From a virus (taxonomy: Duplodnaviria; Caudoviricetes), in the IMG/VR virus record IMGVR_UViG_3300010883_023988, positions 1,956-65,955 of that record: a stretch of DNA of 64,000 nucleotides; one strand, written 5' to 3'. A model generated the notes under the pieces. That model saw only the letters and a list, made by a program, of their open reading frames with translations, was not told the origin of the DNA and ran no database searches. Positions 62,566 to 64,000 of the stretch are shown in pieces. Within the stretch, counting starts at the first letter, position 1, and every line of letters starts with the position of its first letter. Made by a program: the position numbers and the translations under genes.

Positions 62566-63566
62566 AAATAATCAAAGCACATTATCATGATAAAGATGTT
62601 ACCGACGTGGTTAAATCCCTAACGGTCAACGGAAAGATAGACATAGATGTAGGAAACCACCTCTTTGGTGATCCCGCCGTGGGAATGTCTAAAGTCTTGA
62701 CTATCTCGTACGAAACGGAAAATAAAGAATACCTTTTAGAAGCCGAGGAAGGGCATCATGTTTCTTTACCGCCAAGTAAGAATCAAAGTTTAGCTATTTT
62801 TTATACAAATAATAATAAAGAAGAGACAAAGGACACTATAGATTTTTCCCTCAATAGAATCAAAGTTGCTTCAGAGGGCAAGGTTGACATTTTGACAAGC
62901 GTATGGCATCCAATTGCAGGAAACCCTTTTCGTCAATACCAATCCGCATTAACTACTGGCGGTCACCTGAATCAAGTTCTTCAAATTTTACAACTGTTAT
63001 ATCAGGCAGCGAGAACCAAAAACTACAAGTATGTTTCTTTTTTAGAACACGATGTCCTGTACCCCGAAGGATACTTTGATTATCCAGAGTTCGAGAAGGG
63101 GAACGTCCTAACAAATATGAATTATATTGGTCTGTGCGAAAGCGGATGGCAGAAAAGAGATGCGGACCACGAACCCCTATCTCAAATGACGATGACCTTT
63201 GATGACGCTATCGAACATTTTGGCAAAATTTTTGCTAATGCTCTAACTACAAACTCTGGGCTTTTAGAGAATCAAGATTTGACTAGGATACAATGGAAGT
63301 GTGAAAACCCAGCGGTTCATGTAAATCATGGCCACCATTTTACATCGCATTATACAATATATTCTAGAGAAAACTTTGATGAAGTTAACCCTTACTGGGG
63401 ACACAAGGAAAACTATTCTTATCTCTTCTTTGATAAAGAGGCGAGCGACAAGAAAAAGGAAGAGGCCCAGCTAGCTAGGGAAAAGACACGCCTAGCTAAA
63501 GAAGAGGCCAAAAAAGCTACATTAGCCGAGCGTCCTGAGGCATTAGACGCGTCAAAGCATAATTAA
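62562..63566 (+). CDS. GT-A-like protein with an N-terminal SUEL/galactose-lectin-like domain
   Basis: IIKAHY..DVT..V...N.LFGDP..G..KVL.I.Y N-terminal domain; YVSFLEHDVLYP core. Confidence 0.6.
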   Translation: MKIIKAHYHDKDVTDVVKSLTVNGKIDIDVGNHLFGDPAVGMSKVLTISYETENKEYLLEAEEGHHVSLPPSKNQSLAIFYTNNNKEETKDTIDFSLNRIKVASEGKVDILTSVWHPIAGNPFRQYQSALTTGGHLNQVLQILQLLYQAARTKNYKYVSFLEHDVLYPEGYFDYPEFEKGNVLTNMNYIGLCESGWQKRDADHEPLSQMTMTFDDAIEHFGKIFANALTTNSGLLENQDLTRIQWKCENPAVHVNHGHHFTSHYTIYSRENFDEVNPYWGHKENYSYLFFDKEASDKKKEEAQLAREKTRLAKEEAKKATLAERPEALDASKHN

Positions 63567-63584
63567 ATTAAAAAAACAAATAAA

Positions 63585-64000
63585 ATGAAAATATTATTTT
63601 TTTTATTATTAGCCCTCAGTTTAAACGCTGTCCCTTCTACTCGGAAATCAGTGTCAAATAATTTAAATACTATCGTCGTTAAAGAAATAACTCTTGATGA
63701 TCTTACGATAGAGGAGTTCATGAAATTGCTTCAAGATAAGTCGGGAGGCAAAGTAAATTTCATATATTTTCAAAAAAAAGGGGTAAACCCCCCCCCAGTA
63801 GCGTCTACCAATAACGTCCCCGCTTTCGACCCTTTTACTGGATTACCTATAGGTAATCTTCAGTTTAATATTCCGCCCCCCATCGCTCTCCTAGAGTCCA
63901 AATCGCCCAGAATAAGAGCGATTCACGCTTCTCTTAAAAATATTACCCTTAAACAGCTTTTGGATATCTCTATCATTTGTTTTGATCAGCCCATGAAGTA
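63585..64000 (+). CDS. Secreted protein with STN/secretin-N-like pattern, 3'-truncated (not in ORF track)
   Basis: Signal peptide MKILFFLLLALSLNA; LNTIVVKEITLDD.TIEEF...VNF...SLKNITLKQLLD; AFDPFTGLP motif. Frame stays open to the window end. Confidence 0.6.
   Translation, partial: MKILFFLLLALSLNAVPSTRKSVSNNLNTIVVKEITLDDLTIEEFMKLLQDKSGGKVNFIYFQKKGVNPPPVASTNNVPAFDPFTGLPIGNLQFNIPPPIALLESKSPRIRAIHASLKNITLKQLLDISIICFDQPMK

Noticed and set aside
43419-63796. C9 homopolymers at 43419, 46451 and 63788 as phase-variation tracts
   Set aside because: Two are non-coding (a hairpin arm and a tRNA spacer) and the third is in frame as Pro codons; nothing suggests switching.
1-64000. Stop-codon reassignment, diversity-generating retroelement, retron, integrase or transposon
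   Set aside because: Code 11 gives full-length dense ORFs, with TAG and TGA both used as real stops. No reverse transcriptase, recombinase or transposase motifs and no terminal inverted repeats were seen.

Overview
This window reads as 64 kb from the middle of a large tailed-phage genome. It is gene-dense, uses the standard genetic code, and shows no integrase, reverse transcriptase or CRISPR array. A marine or aquatic Verrucomicrobiota/PVC host is a weak inference. Layout: (1) 1-16.7 kb (+), virion structural genes ending in a 2188-aa Thr-linker/Cys-rich adhesin-like protein; (2) 17.8-34.9 kb (-), a replication/recombination block (Rad52-like protein, DnaE split into PHP, exonuclease and core genes, PD-(D/E)XK nuclease, primase, DnaB, RecA) interleaved with glycosyltransferases, an NDP-sugar epimerase, Gmd and a 2OG-Fe(II) oxygenase; (3) 34.9-44.2 kb, signal peptidase I, a tmRNA with a 31-aa tag, a tyrosyl-radical-free (class Ic-type) NrdAB, more glycosyltransferases, a dNMP kinase and a ~370-nt hairpin-rich non-coding gap; (4) 44.3-64 kb (mostly +), dCMP deaminase, dUTPase, three tRNAs, HNH proteins, a secreted serine protease, two tiny Cys-rich metallothionein-like ORFs missed by the ORF track, a sulfotransferase, a SET-domain protein, GMP reductase, a tight operon of AdoMetDC-like + lysine 6-dehydrogenase-like + stand-alone HPPD catalytic domain + aldehyde dehydrogenase, and an ABC-ATPase/GNAT fusion. 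Two promoter classes are visible: sigma70-like TTGACT-17-TAnnnT, often 5-8 nt from the ATG and so apparently leaderless, and a recurrent (A/T/G)AGTGTA(T/A)(A/G)T motif. The best candidates for a new system are the four-gene amino-acid catabolic operon, the mucin-like virion protein with its large glycosylation gene set, the metallothionein-like pair and the unidentified structured RNA. All family assignments come from motif recognition by eye; no database search was run.
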